Shown one piece after another: positions 23,883-38,900 of a stretch of 64,000 nt of DNA; positions within the stretch are counted from its first letter, which is position 1, and each line of letters starts with the position of its first letter. This DNA comes from Tubulanus polymorphus (Eukaryota; Animalia; Nemertea). Below the pieces are notes generated by a model. It saw only the letters and a list, made by a program, of their open reading frames with translations. It had not been told where the DNA came from and searched no databases. A program made the position numbers and the translations under genes. The DNA lies in assembly GCF_964204645.1 (NCBI RefSeq), contig NC_134035.1, positions 7,596,451 to 7,660,450 on the forward strand. The letters are read 5' to 3'.

Positions 23883-23925
23883 TGAGGGGGATGCAAGTAT
23901 TTGCAGTACAGTGCGTGAGGTCGCG

Positions 23926-26900
23926 ATGGTCCCCACAACGACGATTAGGTAAGTTAATAACCTTTGTTTCCATTATATGTTATCTTCTACGATTCTATAT
24001 TACGTTGTGATTCCTATTACACATGTTCTCTTTTTATTTACAGACTATTTGTCTTAGTATCATCACTAGTAAACAATGCCGTAACTAATCCGGTCTCTCC
24101 GGAAAATCTTCCCGTAAGTTTGACTAGTTGTTCAAGGTTTTTTCGATTAGTGTCCTCGTTTCAAGAAAGACCATTCAATCGGAGATGTCAACGAGTACCT
24201 TGAATTCAACTATAGCGTTAAAATATCTCTGTAGTTGATTATTTGACTGAAATTCTAACTCATTCGTAACTGTGGCAATCTCGATCAATAATAATTCACA
24301 CAAAAGTATCTGAATAAGTAAAAAGACAATTAGCTATAAGAAGCTGCCCATCGTAGATACGACGTTGAAAATTAATTTTTTCATTTAATGCATTTAATTA
24401 TTCAATCTAATACGGGTAGCCTGTGCCGGAAGTGAATTCCCAGCCGGATGACGAAGGACTCGGACCCCAAGAACGGAAAGCGGCTAGTTACATTTACGAT
24501 AAACAGGGTGAATTTAGCCACGATAACCTACCAGTCGGAACAGAAGACGAAGATGCGGTAATTTATGATTATGATAGATTTCAATTATTAATCAAGTACT
24601 GAATTGATTGTCATAAGACTGCTGAAAAACATTTTGAGGTCCGCTCTCACCAGACTTGCAATGCTATCAGTTGTTTGTCTTTATACTAAGAAAAATACAT
24701 ATCACGAAGAGGTTGAATTTACTATATCTACTAAAACAGTGATTAGATGGCTTTTTTGAAGATTAGATACAATTTTACCATACCTAGACCACGCTTTTAT
24801 TAGAAGGTTCAAGTTTTTCGTTTTTTCTATGAGATAAAATCCAGGGAGGAAACTTCGACCGCCATCACGATTCGCTGGATTAACGACAGCTTTAAACCAC
24901 TCAGCCAATTTGCCTCCCTATCTCCTGATAAGCGTTTTTCATATGATTTAAGGATATAAATGACGAAGACATTGACATCGATGAATTATACCAGCTCATG
25001 GTGGCAGTAGTCGAAAACGAACACGTCGACCTGACGCGAAAACTTCAGGCTGAAATCGAAAACCTTGTCAACCTCATCGTCCACGGCAACGAAACGGTAA
25101 GAAAAACTACCAATCATCTGTTTCATAACAGTGAATAGCGCAAATATCTGCTACTGCTGAAATATTGTTTGGAAACTTTGAGCGGAATTTTATGGACACA
25201 CAAGAATTGAACGATTCAAGTTTTAGTTACAGTTTTAGATGCATTTGCCGACAATCAGGTTATCAATATTAGATTACTCTGGAGAGGGTATCCCGTCCGA
25301 AACGTTACCACCATAATGTGTTCATACTACTTTTGTTTTTGATTTTACTACCAGAAGACTGCTTTTGTCTAATACAATCGTGTCAACACCAGCATAGCTT
25401 TGTCTTATTCAAATAGATATAACGGTAAAACTGTAAACGCTTCGATATATTTCCCAGGAAATTGTCATAAATATGATAAACTAGTGAACTACCGTTCGCT
25501 GCTGAAGAAAGGATCTTTAGATGTAAATGTAATCGCTAGCACGAGTGTATATTTTGTACTTTAGTTTGATTCGGCTCTGGGGCTTCTTCAAGAATCCTTA
25601 GACAACCACCACGCCGACGGAGAGACGGGCAATCGACAGAAAAGGAAAATCAAGGCTAACAATTATTTGTGGGAGGATGGAAAAATTGTGTACGAGTTCG
25701 GATTATACAAAACAGGCTATAAGCTACTGAGTAAGATTTGATATGTATATTGTATGAAATTCAGTGGATCAATTCGTTTTTCAAACGATAGAAAACAATC
25801 TTATTTGTTTAAGTCATAACGATTTGACCCGGGCCAAATTGGCACGGATCGGGCCAGAGTCAAATTTTGCACGTTCCGTATTAGATACGGTAGCGTGTTC
25901 ACACGCAAACCACTCACCCGATACAAAACAATGCAAAATGATTCACTTCCGGAACCAGTTGCAATTCAATCGCGATAATTTGAACCATACTAAAATTCAA
26001 TATGATTTGACCCGTGTTAGATATTAGCTCGGGACTAGTTCGACGTTCAAATTTGGCCCGGGCTGAAAATGTTCGTGTGATCGCGGCTATCTGATTTAAA
26101 ACTGATTTACTTCAATGCGTAATAAAATAACAATATTAAAAAAGAGGTTATTTTGGAGTGAAAAATGGATTTCTGATTCGAATGAAACTCACAAGTCGTA
26201 GATGCTTTAGATTTGATAAAGAAAATGTATTATGTTCACTTTTAACTATCCACGATGCTCGTTGCTTATTGGGAAATGAAAATGTTATCATCGAGATGTA
26301 TCATCAAATACGGCTTTTCTTCTATTTCCAGCTGAAAGTCAAAAGTCGAAGGTGAGAATGGGTATGGATTTTTACGAAAGGCACACATGTCTTCGTTTCT
26401 ATACAAGAGATCAGAACATCGACCGGAATCAGATTGGATACGTGGTCTTTTCGCAAGGCAGTGGGTACGTTTGGCATATTTTTACTAGCGATCATTATCC
26501 ACTTCAGGTTATGTAGCTTGTCTTGGAAAAAGCATTTTGTTTCTCATAAGCGTTATGTAGATGAAATGAGCGTTGGTTTTTTCACCCAGTGTTGTTGTTT
26601 TCGCAGATGCTACGCGTCGCAAGGTTACATGGACTCTAAGGGAACGGGTCAAATCAATTCGCCTTGCTATACGCAGGTACGTCATGGTTCATGGTAAATT
26701 GCGGAAAAAATTGTATCGACGTCAATTCTAGCGCGCAATTTTGTCCTGTGCGGATTTGGGGTAACTCGCAGACGCGCACGTGAGCCACTAAAAAAAAAAT
26801 CTGAAATGCCCTCCAAACTATACTTATTCCGATGAGTCTTTGGGTGGGGGTTTATATACCTTTGGCATATAACCTATTTAGTTTATCGAAATGGTTTAAA

Positions 26901-29900
26901 ATGCCTTATACCGTGAATCAGGGTTGATTCATATAGCGTGCCTTTTTGAAACGAGCACCTCTTTTTCATTGGTGAAGTAGACTCTGAATCCGGCCCTGCT
27001 TGTTTTCAGAAAGTAATGCTTCACGAATTGGGTCATACTATCGGATTGTACCACGAACAACTGAGATCGGATCGAGACATGTATTTGAAGATTTACCGGG
27101 AATATACAGGTATCATTCATCTGAACGACCCTTGCTTCCTGTTGGGAGTGATACGAATCATTTTCTGTATCATTTATGAATTACTCGGTGTTCGGAAATA
27201 TAATTAGCATAAATCATCATCGCGAATTATATAACATATTTCTATCTGCGTTGAAACATTTCAGCAACTCCTACAGCTCACACAAATATGTACGATAGGA
27301 ACGTATTGACGAATACGGAATTCGATGAAACCTCTGTCATGCAGTACAAGGCCTGGGTTGGTATTTCACTTCCATTGAAAGTTTCAAGGATTTCTGTTTA
27401 TCTCAACCGGTTAGAGTGATTCATTCGTAACCAATCGGTTAAATATCCGGTGTTTATTTATAGGATTTCTCGAGTAATGGTAAAAGAGTTTACGATTTTT
27501 TGGACAAATCGCATCGGTTCTTGATGTCGATCGCTTCTTATCCAACATTCCACGATTTGAAATCCATCAATTTAGCTTACAACTGCGCAGGTAATCAAAA
27601 TTTTAACACGTATCAAGCAGGGCCATCACAAGGAAAAATATCAGTAACTAGTTTTAATTTTCTCAATTTATGGTCAATTCACATATTTAAAACCATGAGA
27701 AGTGGATAAACGCAAAATTTCTGAGCATTTTAAATTCTAATTTTTTCGTCAATATTTCATAGAATTGATGTGCTCAAACGTTCGTAAAGCCTGTCAAAAC
27801 CTGGGCTACGTAACCATGCGAAATAAAGAAAGCTGCAAATGTGTTTGTCCGGAAGGACTCGGTGGAGACTTGTGTGAAACGATAGCAAAACCTAGTAAGT
27901 CACGTATATTAGTTAATAAGACATTGAAAACCGTCTAAATCATGTATCATTTATAAACTAGTTGAGCTGATATGTTAATCTACCAGCCTGCTTATTACTA
28001 TTATATAATTATTCTTTTTCTAGGCCCACCACCTACAAAATGGCCACCCGGTGGTTTCGCATTGCCGGTCCCCATCCAAGGTTGTCCTTCCGACGAGTTC
28101 GTTGAGTCGGCGTGGAACACCACTTACGCGAGAAGCACCTTTTTCACGCGCTTCCAAAAGAAATACCACTGGAAGTATCGAAATTATTATACATGGTCCT
28201 GGAACTTCTGCGCGTTAGAGACGGAGCCAAACCAACCAAACCAGGCTGAATGGGGACCGGGACGATACTGTTTCGACATGGTATCATCTTGTCCAGTAGG
28301 TAAGAGATATTCTTAGGCATTACACTAAATGTTTAATGGAAGAGAACGCATACATTTGCAATACATCCATTTTCATGGGCTTGCATGCTTGCAAGCCCAT
28401 ATTGCTATCACACGGATTGAAAACCTGCTTGGGGAGTCGATAACCTTCGTTAGAAACTTTCTTGGGCTCTGATATTTACATTTAATGCAGTAATAAAATA
28501 TAGGTTCCTTTCTTATATTAGCTATATCGGTTGTCGTTTTCATTGTTTTATGATTATGTTTAATCGTTTTTGTTATTTCAGTAGCGCATACCAACCTTGG
28601 TTGAGCTTGCGTGATAAGTCTTGAAATCGGTATTCATGTGCGGCATAGTGCTGCCGACAATTCAATTCGTTCTTTATTGACACCATTAAAATTTCACAAT
28701 AAAACATTCACTTTCACGTTTTTGAAAAATTCTTTTAACTTTCTTTTACTTTCATTTGGTGCTTGCAATAGCGGCCATTTGAAAAATCTCTGTATGAACA
28801 TATTTATATTTAGCAGTTTAGATATCTAAAACTTAAAAACCGCTTTTCTGTAAAATAAATTCTGAATCGAATTGAATTATAAGACTGGTTCCCTGTCTCT
28901 TCAAAGAGCCAGGGGGCGGAAGTCTATGGTGGTAATAAACTTTATCGGATGATCGTAGTAGATTGTCATTTGAAGGAAATGCAACTTAATCTTGTGTCTT
29001 TATTATTTTAAAATCGTGGCTCCTATCTATTTTCGTGTTCGCTTCTCTTCCCCTGAAGTCACTCGAATTTTTCTATGACAGCAAAATCATTTAATCACAA
29101 TCTGATAAGTAATCTAGCAATTATCAACATGATGATAGATTCCGTTAAGATTCCGTTAAGACACTACAATATTCAAATAACAACTATCTAAAAGCTTGTA
29201 CTAACTTGGTCCACGTCTACAATAAAATCATTCCCATCCCCTGTCCCAGGGTGTAACATTTCATGTAACGATGTAAGACAACATCGATCTCTTAGTTCTT
29301 TAAAAAGTAATCAGTTCAAAGTTCGATTAATTCTACTACAGAAATGCAAAACCACCAAGCAAGCTTTCAGTACAAAGATGTCAGCAAGCCCATTTTTAGA
29401 ATTTCTTTCTTGTTAAAATATAAAACGATACTTTAACATATTTTTTTTTTCATATAGAATGTATTCTATGGACCAACTGAATTTATATTCCAGGATTCTC
29501 GCAGACAATTTTTGAGATGGACGGACTCGGTGGATCGCTGGAACTAGGTCCTTTGCCGGAGGGGCTAATTCTCATCGATGGTCAAATAAAGAGGTATTTC
29601 TGCTGTCGCGCCGAAGACATTTTCCCGAACCAAAATCCGCTGAGACTACCCACACAAAAACATTTCGTATTGTATCCGATACAGGGCAGTGAATGTCAGG
29701 CAGTGGAAGGTGAGTCTATGACTATCAATTTCTATTATAATCTAGTTCATTATATAGTTGAGAATAAGTGTAGATTTAGGTAAAGAGACACGACCTAGCG
29801 CATCTCTTTCACTTTTCGTCATCTTGTAGGGATGCACGTCTTCAGGGAATGGAAGGCATTAATGAAGAAAAAAGCCGTTACCTTCAAATTCACTGGTACC

Positions 29901-32900
29901 CACATACCAAGATACAGCCAGTGGTGGACAGATATTCAGTTCCATTACTGTTACTACTACCCGATTGCACATGGTAAAAATATAATTTCAAATGCGATAC
30001 TATATTCACCGATGACAAGTTGCCACATATGCTTACGAACTATGAGAACAGTGTTTCGATCATGGGCATCTATAAATTATAATGGCCATCATTTTTTCTA
30101 TACTTATTCAATGAAAAGATTGTGGTGGAGTATTTGAACTGGATGAGAATATCCGCACCTTGACAATAACCTCTCCAAACTTCCCATCTAATTACAAAGA
30201 TGGACAGCAATGTACTTGGTTCATTAAGGTAAGATAGTGGCCGTCACACGCTGAAAATAGTTAATGACAAAGTTTGTTATATGGTTGAATTGTGATGTTG
30301 CACGTGAATCCCAGTTTTAACGCATATTTATGTGTGTATCATACTAGTTATGTAAAACCTAGACCCAATAAACAATATCAATATGAAAGTTAAACTGGAA
30401 GTCTATATCCGGTAACGGCCAATCTTATCTACCGTAATATAATGCCTTATTGTTCTCTCAGCAATATGTTTTGTTTTTCCCCTTTTTGCTATGAAAGGCT
30501 CCGAAAAATGCGCGCGTCCAATTCACCCTACATGAATTAGAACTGGAAGGCAGTGCCGGCTCGTGTCACGATTATTTGGAAGTGAAAGCCCACGCCCTCG
30601 GTCAAATCGGAAAAAGGTTAGTTATATCGATACTTATTCTTTAGAAGTGTCTCACGACACACCGAGATGTTGAGAAATTTTTGACGGACGATCCGGACTT
30701 GCGACCAGATTGCGACCAGAAACACACGTCGTGTATTCTGTGTAAAAGTTCATCATGTCGAATTGATTTACATTTCAGATATTGCGGCAAGACGGCTGAT
30801 GCGTTTAAAACCATCACTTCATCAAAAAATCATATGATGCTCGTACTGAAGTCAGACTACGGTGCAACGAAAAAAGGATTCAGTGGAACCGCTTCAATAA
30901 TAACAGGTAAACTCAAATATGTTATTCAAAATATGTTATCTTATTAACGTTTACGGCTGGTGCATAAACATGAATATTACATTATATCCTAAAATACAAC
31001 CTCAAATCCTCGAGACATCTTAATCGTCGATCAGTAGATCATACAATATCTGTGATGAAGTAATAAGTGTAAAATTCCACAATAGTTGAAGAATAGAATA
31101 GAATAGAATATTTTAGGCTGCAGAAGGGTGGTAGGAACTACCCGAAATATTACGAGCAATTAAAGTTCCTCAACAATATTGTTGGATTTTACATTTATCG
31201 TTCTTATCCCTAAATATTGTCATTTTGAATTTTCGATTAATATTTCACGATGCAAATTCGGTAACTTTTGGACGTATATTCAAAAATACTTATATGCCCT
31301 CTTGTTTACAAATGAACATTATTGAATGCATCTATAAGTTCCAACACTATTCGTCGAAGAATCCCGCCCACGATTGGTAAAACTGACTCTAGTCTGGTTT
31401 AGTCCGGTTCTGAGTGTTTTCTATTGCAGAACGATCTGTATTTTTTCGATATTAGTTCGAACTTTTCCGATCATTGAAGTTATTTCATTTTTAAATTTAC
31501 AGAAGATCAGTTCTGCTATAACGTCGAGGATCGAGGTGAATCATATCGAGGAAATATCAGTTATACTCAGTCGTTTGTGGAGTGTTTACCGTGGGAAGAA
31601 ATGACGCATTGCGAGTTTCATCCGTTCATTCGACGGTCAGTTTTCAGTCTCATTCCCTTATAAAATATTCACCCGCTATTATTTTGTAAGGTGATGCATT
31701 ACTTTCCATTTCGAAGTGTGTGATTTCAAAATTAAAATCTCAATTAAATCCAAATATTTTCATCCAAGTAATTACTGTGTACTTATGATATGATTTCATG
31801 CCCAGAATATGAAAGATATACCAATATACATTGAATAACACACCCAGCAAAAATACATCGATCAATTATTTTGTTTATCTAATTGCACGATTATCAACAT
31901 CAATGTTGCTGTTATCAATTACCCCTCTGCAAGTTAGCGGATGGAATAGTCCAGATAAGTTTCACTGTAATTTTAGTGGTTATAACGCGGGGTTAGAAGG
32001 TCACAATCATTGTCGCAATCCGGGAGGAACGACTGTAAAACCCTGGTGTTATACTCAAAAAGAAATGTGTAAACAGGATATGTGCGATGTCTGTCAATTC
32101 AGTAAGTATAGATACTAACGCTGTGTCTGAATCGAGTCGTACTCGATTTTAAGATCTATAGGTTTCAGAACTATTCTGTAATTACCTGATATATTTTCAA
32201 TCAGCTCCATGTCATGACTTGTCTACGTCGTGTGTACAGACTACCGACTTTTGCGAGAGTGTAACTGGTAAAACTGAATGCCGCAAGACATGTCAACTAT
32301 GTCAGGAGGCTTCTCCGTTAATTCAAGGTATCATATAATTCTCTCTCCTCTTCCTTAATGTATGTTTGACTTTCAGTTCGATATAATGATTATTGAACAA
32401 ATGTATATTCTAGATGTCCGGTGTAAACCAGCCGTTTTGTCGAAAGGAGTGATCCAGAAAGACTCGGTTCAGGCCGAGTACAGAGTAGGAGATGTCGTGT
32501 TATTCGGATGTGATGAAGGCGGTACGGAGCATTTTACCAGAATGTGTCAGTCGGACGGAACGTGGAGCGGTGATGATATTCGCTGTATAGGTAATTAATA
32601 TTCTAATGTAGCTTACAAGATACTATCAATCAAAGAATTTGTTCTCGTTTGGTCGTTCGATAGTTTCCAAAAACTATATGATGATATAGTTTGCGCCTTT
32701 TAAACTCTTTTTAGGTTCGTTATACAATAATGTTGATTATTTTGGGAGACCTGTTAGGAAACTTCTGATATTCTTATCATCGGTGAAAATTTGAAATGCA
32801 TTTCTGTTTGCGTCAAAGGTTGTTTACCAGGTTCGGTAGAAGTCAATGGATATTGTGTCTACGTATCAGACGAAGCCGCCTCGTTCAACGGTGCAATCAT

Positions 32901-35900
32901 CGAATGCAACAAATTCGGCTACGAACTCGCATCTGTACCTGATGAAATCTTCCAAAACGATCTCCTTGATCAAATGTACGTATCATATATGAACGAATAA
33001 GTGACGAAACATGTGAAGATTTTCAGTCATGAGTAGATAGAGCTGAAGTCTAAATTGTTTTATTACTGTTGCGTTATGTAAATGTATGTAGAAAGTACGT
33101 CGCAATTTTCAGAATAAACAATGGAAGGAGTAACGCCTGGGTCGGCCTTAGTCTCAGTGGTGGTAGTTGGGGTTGGTCTGATGGCAGTGCTTTAGATTTC
33201 ACATCATGGTCCAAGTACGGCTCGGCGCCGACAGATACATCGGCGTCATGCATGTATTTGAAAGTCGACAAACACAGATGGTGGACCGATAGATGCGACA
33301 GTACCAAACATTTCATCTGTACAGGGAAGGTTTCAGGTAGGAATTGAGAATGAATTGTTGCGCAAATAATTGTTGAGAAAATCATCTTTAAACCAGAAAT
33401 TGATATAATAACATTATCAAAAATCAGCTTAACACGCATATTATGTCAACATGACGATTTGTGAGGTTTGTTTATTCTATTAATTTCCTTGTTTTTTTGT
33501 AAAATAAACTCATTTTGGTTTAAAAAATCAAATCACCTTACTTTTAACAGTTACAATGATGATTCGATGTGCTTCGTGATGATGAGGCCGTCATCAAAAG
33601 AAAAAAATGTTTGTTTTTTTCATAAAACATTGAATTCATATTACTAATTAAGTGATCGGGGAATTTGAAAAGAAAAACAAACTGCTTAATTTTGGCGGTC
33701 GTTTTGGATAATGATACCCGAATACTGTCTATTTATTTCATTGCCTACTCACATTTTCTTATACCTAGAAATCGGAAAAGTTATGAAAATACGATATTCA
33801 CCTTTATATAACAATTGAATACACACAGATAACAGGATTCCTCCCTCCCTTTGCAGACAGCAGTCGATGTGTCGATGCGTTTCACGACTGTTTGGGTGTG
33901 ATCAAACGAAATCCATCTATTTGCGAGAACAGTCCACTTTTTGCTAAAGCTAAATGTCGACAGAGCTGCGGTGTATGTCGACCAGAAGTGCCAGCAACAT
34001 CAGGTACGATTAGGTATACAGCATGTTACGTTATTGCATCTGCAGCTAAAAGTACGAATAATCTAATAATCGCCGCATTGACAAAATAAGCGATTAGTTT
34101 ATGAAACTAATGATAAGAGAAGATAGATTTCTTGTGAAAATTAACAATCAAATTACTTTTGTAAAATGCTTTTGCGAACCTCGTCTACGATTCTGTTTAA
34201 GATGAAACCCGTTGTAACGATTTTTATCAGCCAAGATACATAAAATATATCAATCCAGCTTAATAATAAACCCGTTAAATACGAAAATTTCACTTTTGCC
34301 CAAAAGATTCTTATTAATGAGGTTCCACTATGAATGAACACTGAAAATAATGAATATTGTATTTCGTTGGATCCAGCGAGCGGGTGTGGACTAAATGCGA
34401 AACCGGAAAACGTAATAGTCACCACAGGTTCAGATCAGGAGACGATGTTTCCAGGTGAAGCGATCAAATATGAGTGCATGGACGGCTTTGAACTGGTAAC
34501 TAGCGACACGACAAGACGATGTCTGTCAGACGGCGAATACGCTGGATCGGTGCCCATGTGTATCGGTTAGTGAAAGAATGATTTTTAGCCCACTTCCTAC
34601 TTTTCTTCGGCATTTCAAACTACTTCCCGAATAGGCGTGGTTTCCCTGGGCCCCAATTTATCATAAATGCACCAATATAGCTTAACAGCCACTGGTAGAT
34701 ATTGATCAATAAAAGATCAAATCGGCTAACGGCTCCGATAATAGCATATGAAATAAATACTTTTAAGAATCAAAACTGGCCAAGGCGACAGCGGGAAGGC
34801 CCGTTATCGATCGTCGGTACATCGACCCAAGCTATAGAACTCTGATCATCGACGCGAAGGTCACCCTACCGAAAAATGGAAAAGTGGTGCAGTGGGACGT
34901 ATTCGGTGCATTGTCCGGAACGGTAGCCGTGCAAATTTGGAGAATAGTTGACGCAGCAAACGGAAAATTCCAGTTCATTGGACAAAATGAGATCGAAACT
35001 GAAGTCGAACGGTTCATAACGAAACATATTCCGGCAAACGAACGAATCGTTGCTCAAGCTAATGACGTCATCGGTTTCCAGTATATCAGCGGAGACCGGT
35101 CGATGACGTATGATTCATGCGCCAAGGACAAGAACTACGCGGGAGCAATTTACGAAAATAGATCCCCTGGAACTGCGAATATCGGTGATACAGTGACCCT
35201 AACCCTACAGGCGAAAACATGCCGTAACTATTCGATCCAAGCGACTGTGGAACCTATTCGTAAGTTTCGACGATGTTTGTATTTTGTAGAATTGTTTGAA
35301 ATTAGATATATACGATCTCAGGAAATAGGATTCACTGAATTATAGAATTCATTTTCAGTAACTGATTAGACATTTGATTTGAAAACCTATTTTCATTGTC
35401 TTTAGTGTCAAGTTGTAGCGGTGTAAATGTAGAAGGAGCCACGGTATCAAACCCGGCACCCGTGTATCCACACGGATACCGTATTGATATCACGTGTAAC
35501 TCTGGATACTACAAGATATCCGGTGACGATCAACTTACGTGTGACGACGGAACGTGGTTAGGAGATTTGCCGAACTGTGAGAGTAAGTCCTTGAATATTT
35601 CTTCGGTCACATGGGAAAAAACATACTAAGAACTATTTTGTGGTATCGTTGGTCCTTTTAACAATTTACTTCAAACAGACATACTGTAACGTAAGAAGCA
35701 ATGAATACTGAAGCAATGATAAGTTATGAAACAAATCAGCTTCACTGATCTTCATAGTTGCTGCTACTGTATCAATGTATATCCTCCTTAGTTCTATTTA
35801 GAACGATTCACCGAAATTCGCCGAACGAGAACATTCAATTTATGATTATCATTGATTTTTTTCAGCTGTGAATACAGACTGCCCCTTCTGTAGTGAGTAT

Positions 35901-38900
35901 TACCTGAATATTAATATAATAATACGGCAATTCAATTGAAATGATACGCTTTCCACGAATAAGTTGAAAGGAATGGACGAAAGACTTAATTAAATCAGTA
36001 AACAATACAAGACTCTCTTTATGAAACTTCACAGAAATAAGCTGCGGTATGCCAGAATCTACCAAAGTCGCCAAACTCACCAGCGCACTGTCGTCGTCGA
36101 TATCTGAGGGAGATACGATAACTTACCAGTGCCCGGCTTATCATAAGAAGGTGTCCGGTAATGAAAACAGAATCTGTCAGTCAGACGGCAAATTATCCGG
36201 TAATCCGTTAGTTTGTACACGTAAGTATTGAGTGTTGATGCTGCAGAAGGCATCTATTATTCACCCATCATAAGGAAACGACTCACAAGTGAACATAAAA
36301 TCGTAGAATGTAAGAGGAACTTAATTTACAGAACTCTGTAATTCTTATTATCAAGTTATTTTACTTTTAGCGATCACTGAATGTATTCCGGATACGGTGG
36401 AAAATGCTGTGTTAATCAACCAGAAATCGAAATACAATCTATACGAAGTAGCTGAGTACGCGTGTACAGCAGGCTCAATCAAAGCGTCCGGCAGTTTAAT
36501 CAGAACTTGTGGCTACAAAGGACTCTGGATCGAAAATAGACCTGTTTGTATGGGTACGTAAATCATACCTGTACGGATCATCAGTGGTTTAGAACCAGAT
36601 TACGAATGAACCAGAACGTTACAGATGATCTGATTGTTCAAATAAAGATCATGAGCGTTTCGAAAATACTGATCGAACATGATGATTTATCATCTGAATT
36701 AGCAGTATTTTTAGAAGTATTTTTCTAATTTCAGGTGGTGGCGAAGTGAACGATTTCTACCGAACATCGAGATCCGGGGTGGAATACACTGGAAACATAT
36801 CGGTAACAATCGACGGACGACCGTGTCAGCGCTGGGACTCCGATAAACCACATAAACATTGGTATCACGATCTGAGCAAGTATCCGGATTCTAGTTGGGA
36901 CGCCGCGGCAAACCACTGCCGTAATCCGGACGTTGAACCGAATCCTTGGTGTTACACGGACACTTGGAAACGATGGAATTGGTGTGACATACCGTTCGCG
37001 GGTAACGTATTTTACTTTAGTCCGGTACTCGATAAGTTTTAAGATGAGTTTTAAGGGTCGCTTATTTATTATAGAGATAACCTTTGTACCTGAAAACTAG
37101 AAATTTACATGTTACAAAAGAAGAATGAACCATTAAATTTCAATAAGAAATCTGAGACACTTTTTCGGGCGATCGAATCTACCACTATTACACATGAACC
37201 GGTTGTATATAGAACTATCTACGACCACTTGACAATAAATAACCGAATCGAAATATAACATGGACCTAATTCTCACAGCTACATTGCTCTAGCCCTTTAC
37301 TTGAGTTTGGGCTATGGATTCAAAATTCAACGCGATCTTCATTTCAGCTTCGAGTTGCGGTCCACCACCAGCCGGGACGAACGTTCGTATACAAAACAGC
37401 GAATTTCTCTTCACCCCGGGACACTCCGTATTTTACAAGTGTAGGGAGGGCTCCGTGCATGTTTCCGGTGATATGCAGCTCGAATGTGTCCAGGATAATG
37501 ACGGAACTTTGCGATACGTTGGCGAGCCTCCTATCTGCACAGGTACATGAAACTCTCGGTTAAGCAGTGTTGGCGTTTTCAATAATAGATACATATCATC
37601 CATAGCCACCAGACGTCAGCGTGTAATTTCAATCATCAAAATTAATTTCTTTGACAGTACAACTACTATACGTCACTTAACTCTTTTTAAGAACTGTCCA
37701 ACTGCTTCGCTCAAAAAGGAGTGATTTTATTTTATGTACAAGATTTTACACTACACAAAACCCTTCAGGATGGTTCAATTACATACACACCGAAACCAAT
37801 TGTTTGAAAGTTGGTCGAAGTTAACCAACAGGTTGCCATTGTGACAATCAAAACTTAATTTTACCATTGTATCAAATTCAGCTTCCACCAAATTTTTAGC
37901 AACTAACCCCAGTTTCTAGTTCTAAGAAAAGACTTAACTCTAATTTTCGGTGCTCTATTTGCTATCGGTTACTTCGTGTTTTCAATGCCAATAATTCAAA
38001 CGTCGCCGTTTTAATCCTAAAATGTTTTATGAAACTGGGCCCTCTTTTCTTTTCTAAATTCCTGAAATAGTTTTTAGATTTTGCGTCAATTTTCAGATGC
38101 GTGTACTAGTCCGCCGACAATCGAAAACGCTCACACGGACGCGGAAGGAGCAGTTCTACCCGGAGAAAGCATTCAGTATCGTTGCGACGATACGTTCTAC
38201 CTGGTCGCTGGAAACACTCAAGTATCGTGTTCAGCCGAGGCGAAATGGGTGACAAACAATTTACCGGTCTGTAAAGGTGAGAGCTCAATTAGTTTCTATA
38301 GGAAATCATCAATAAACGATGTGAGGAAAGCTGAGTAATGGGTCTGAAGTGTTGGAATGGCGTTGGGATCTTTCGGGTTTCGATTGAAATGCGTGATTCA
38401 ATAAACTATTGGAATAACTACTTGATCATTATTCGACCATGGATTCAAAAACACGTGAATTAAACCTGACTTATGAATTCATAGTTAAATCTAATTCGCG
38501 AACCTCTTCGATACATTTTTTCAAAATCTTTTCCTAACAGATGCGAGTCAGGCAGTGAATTATTGTAAGTTACGCGTGAAAGGCATCGGATACCGAGGAA
38601 CTAAGAGCGAAACATTTGGTTTGAAATGTCAGAGGTGGAGTTCTACTTACCCTCACAAGCACAAATATACATACGTTAAGGGACACTACTGCAGGAACCC
38701 ATCGACGAGAGCCAAGAAACCATGGTGTTACATAAACCACCGACGCATCAGGTGGCTTTACTGTAATATACCCTTTTGCCGTACGTATTACAAATTAGGC
38801 AATAAGAAATATACAAAGAAATGAAAAACGAAATTTATTCAAAACCTAAATTTATATCGAAGCATTCACGACGGTGCGGTCTCAAAATGAATTAAATGTG

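Noticed and set aside
24850-24910. tRNA-like pieces here and at ~39580-39625 and ~50800-50840
   Set aside because: Only isolated A- or B-box remnants with no full cloverleaf; SINE debris rather than tRNA genes.
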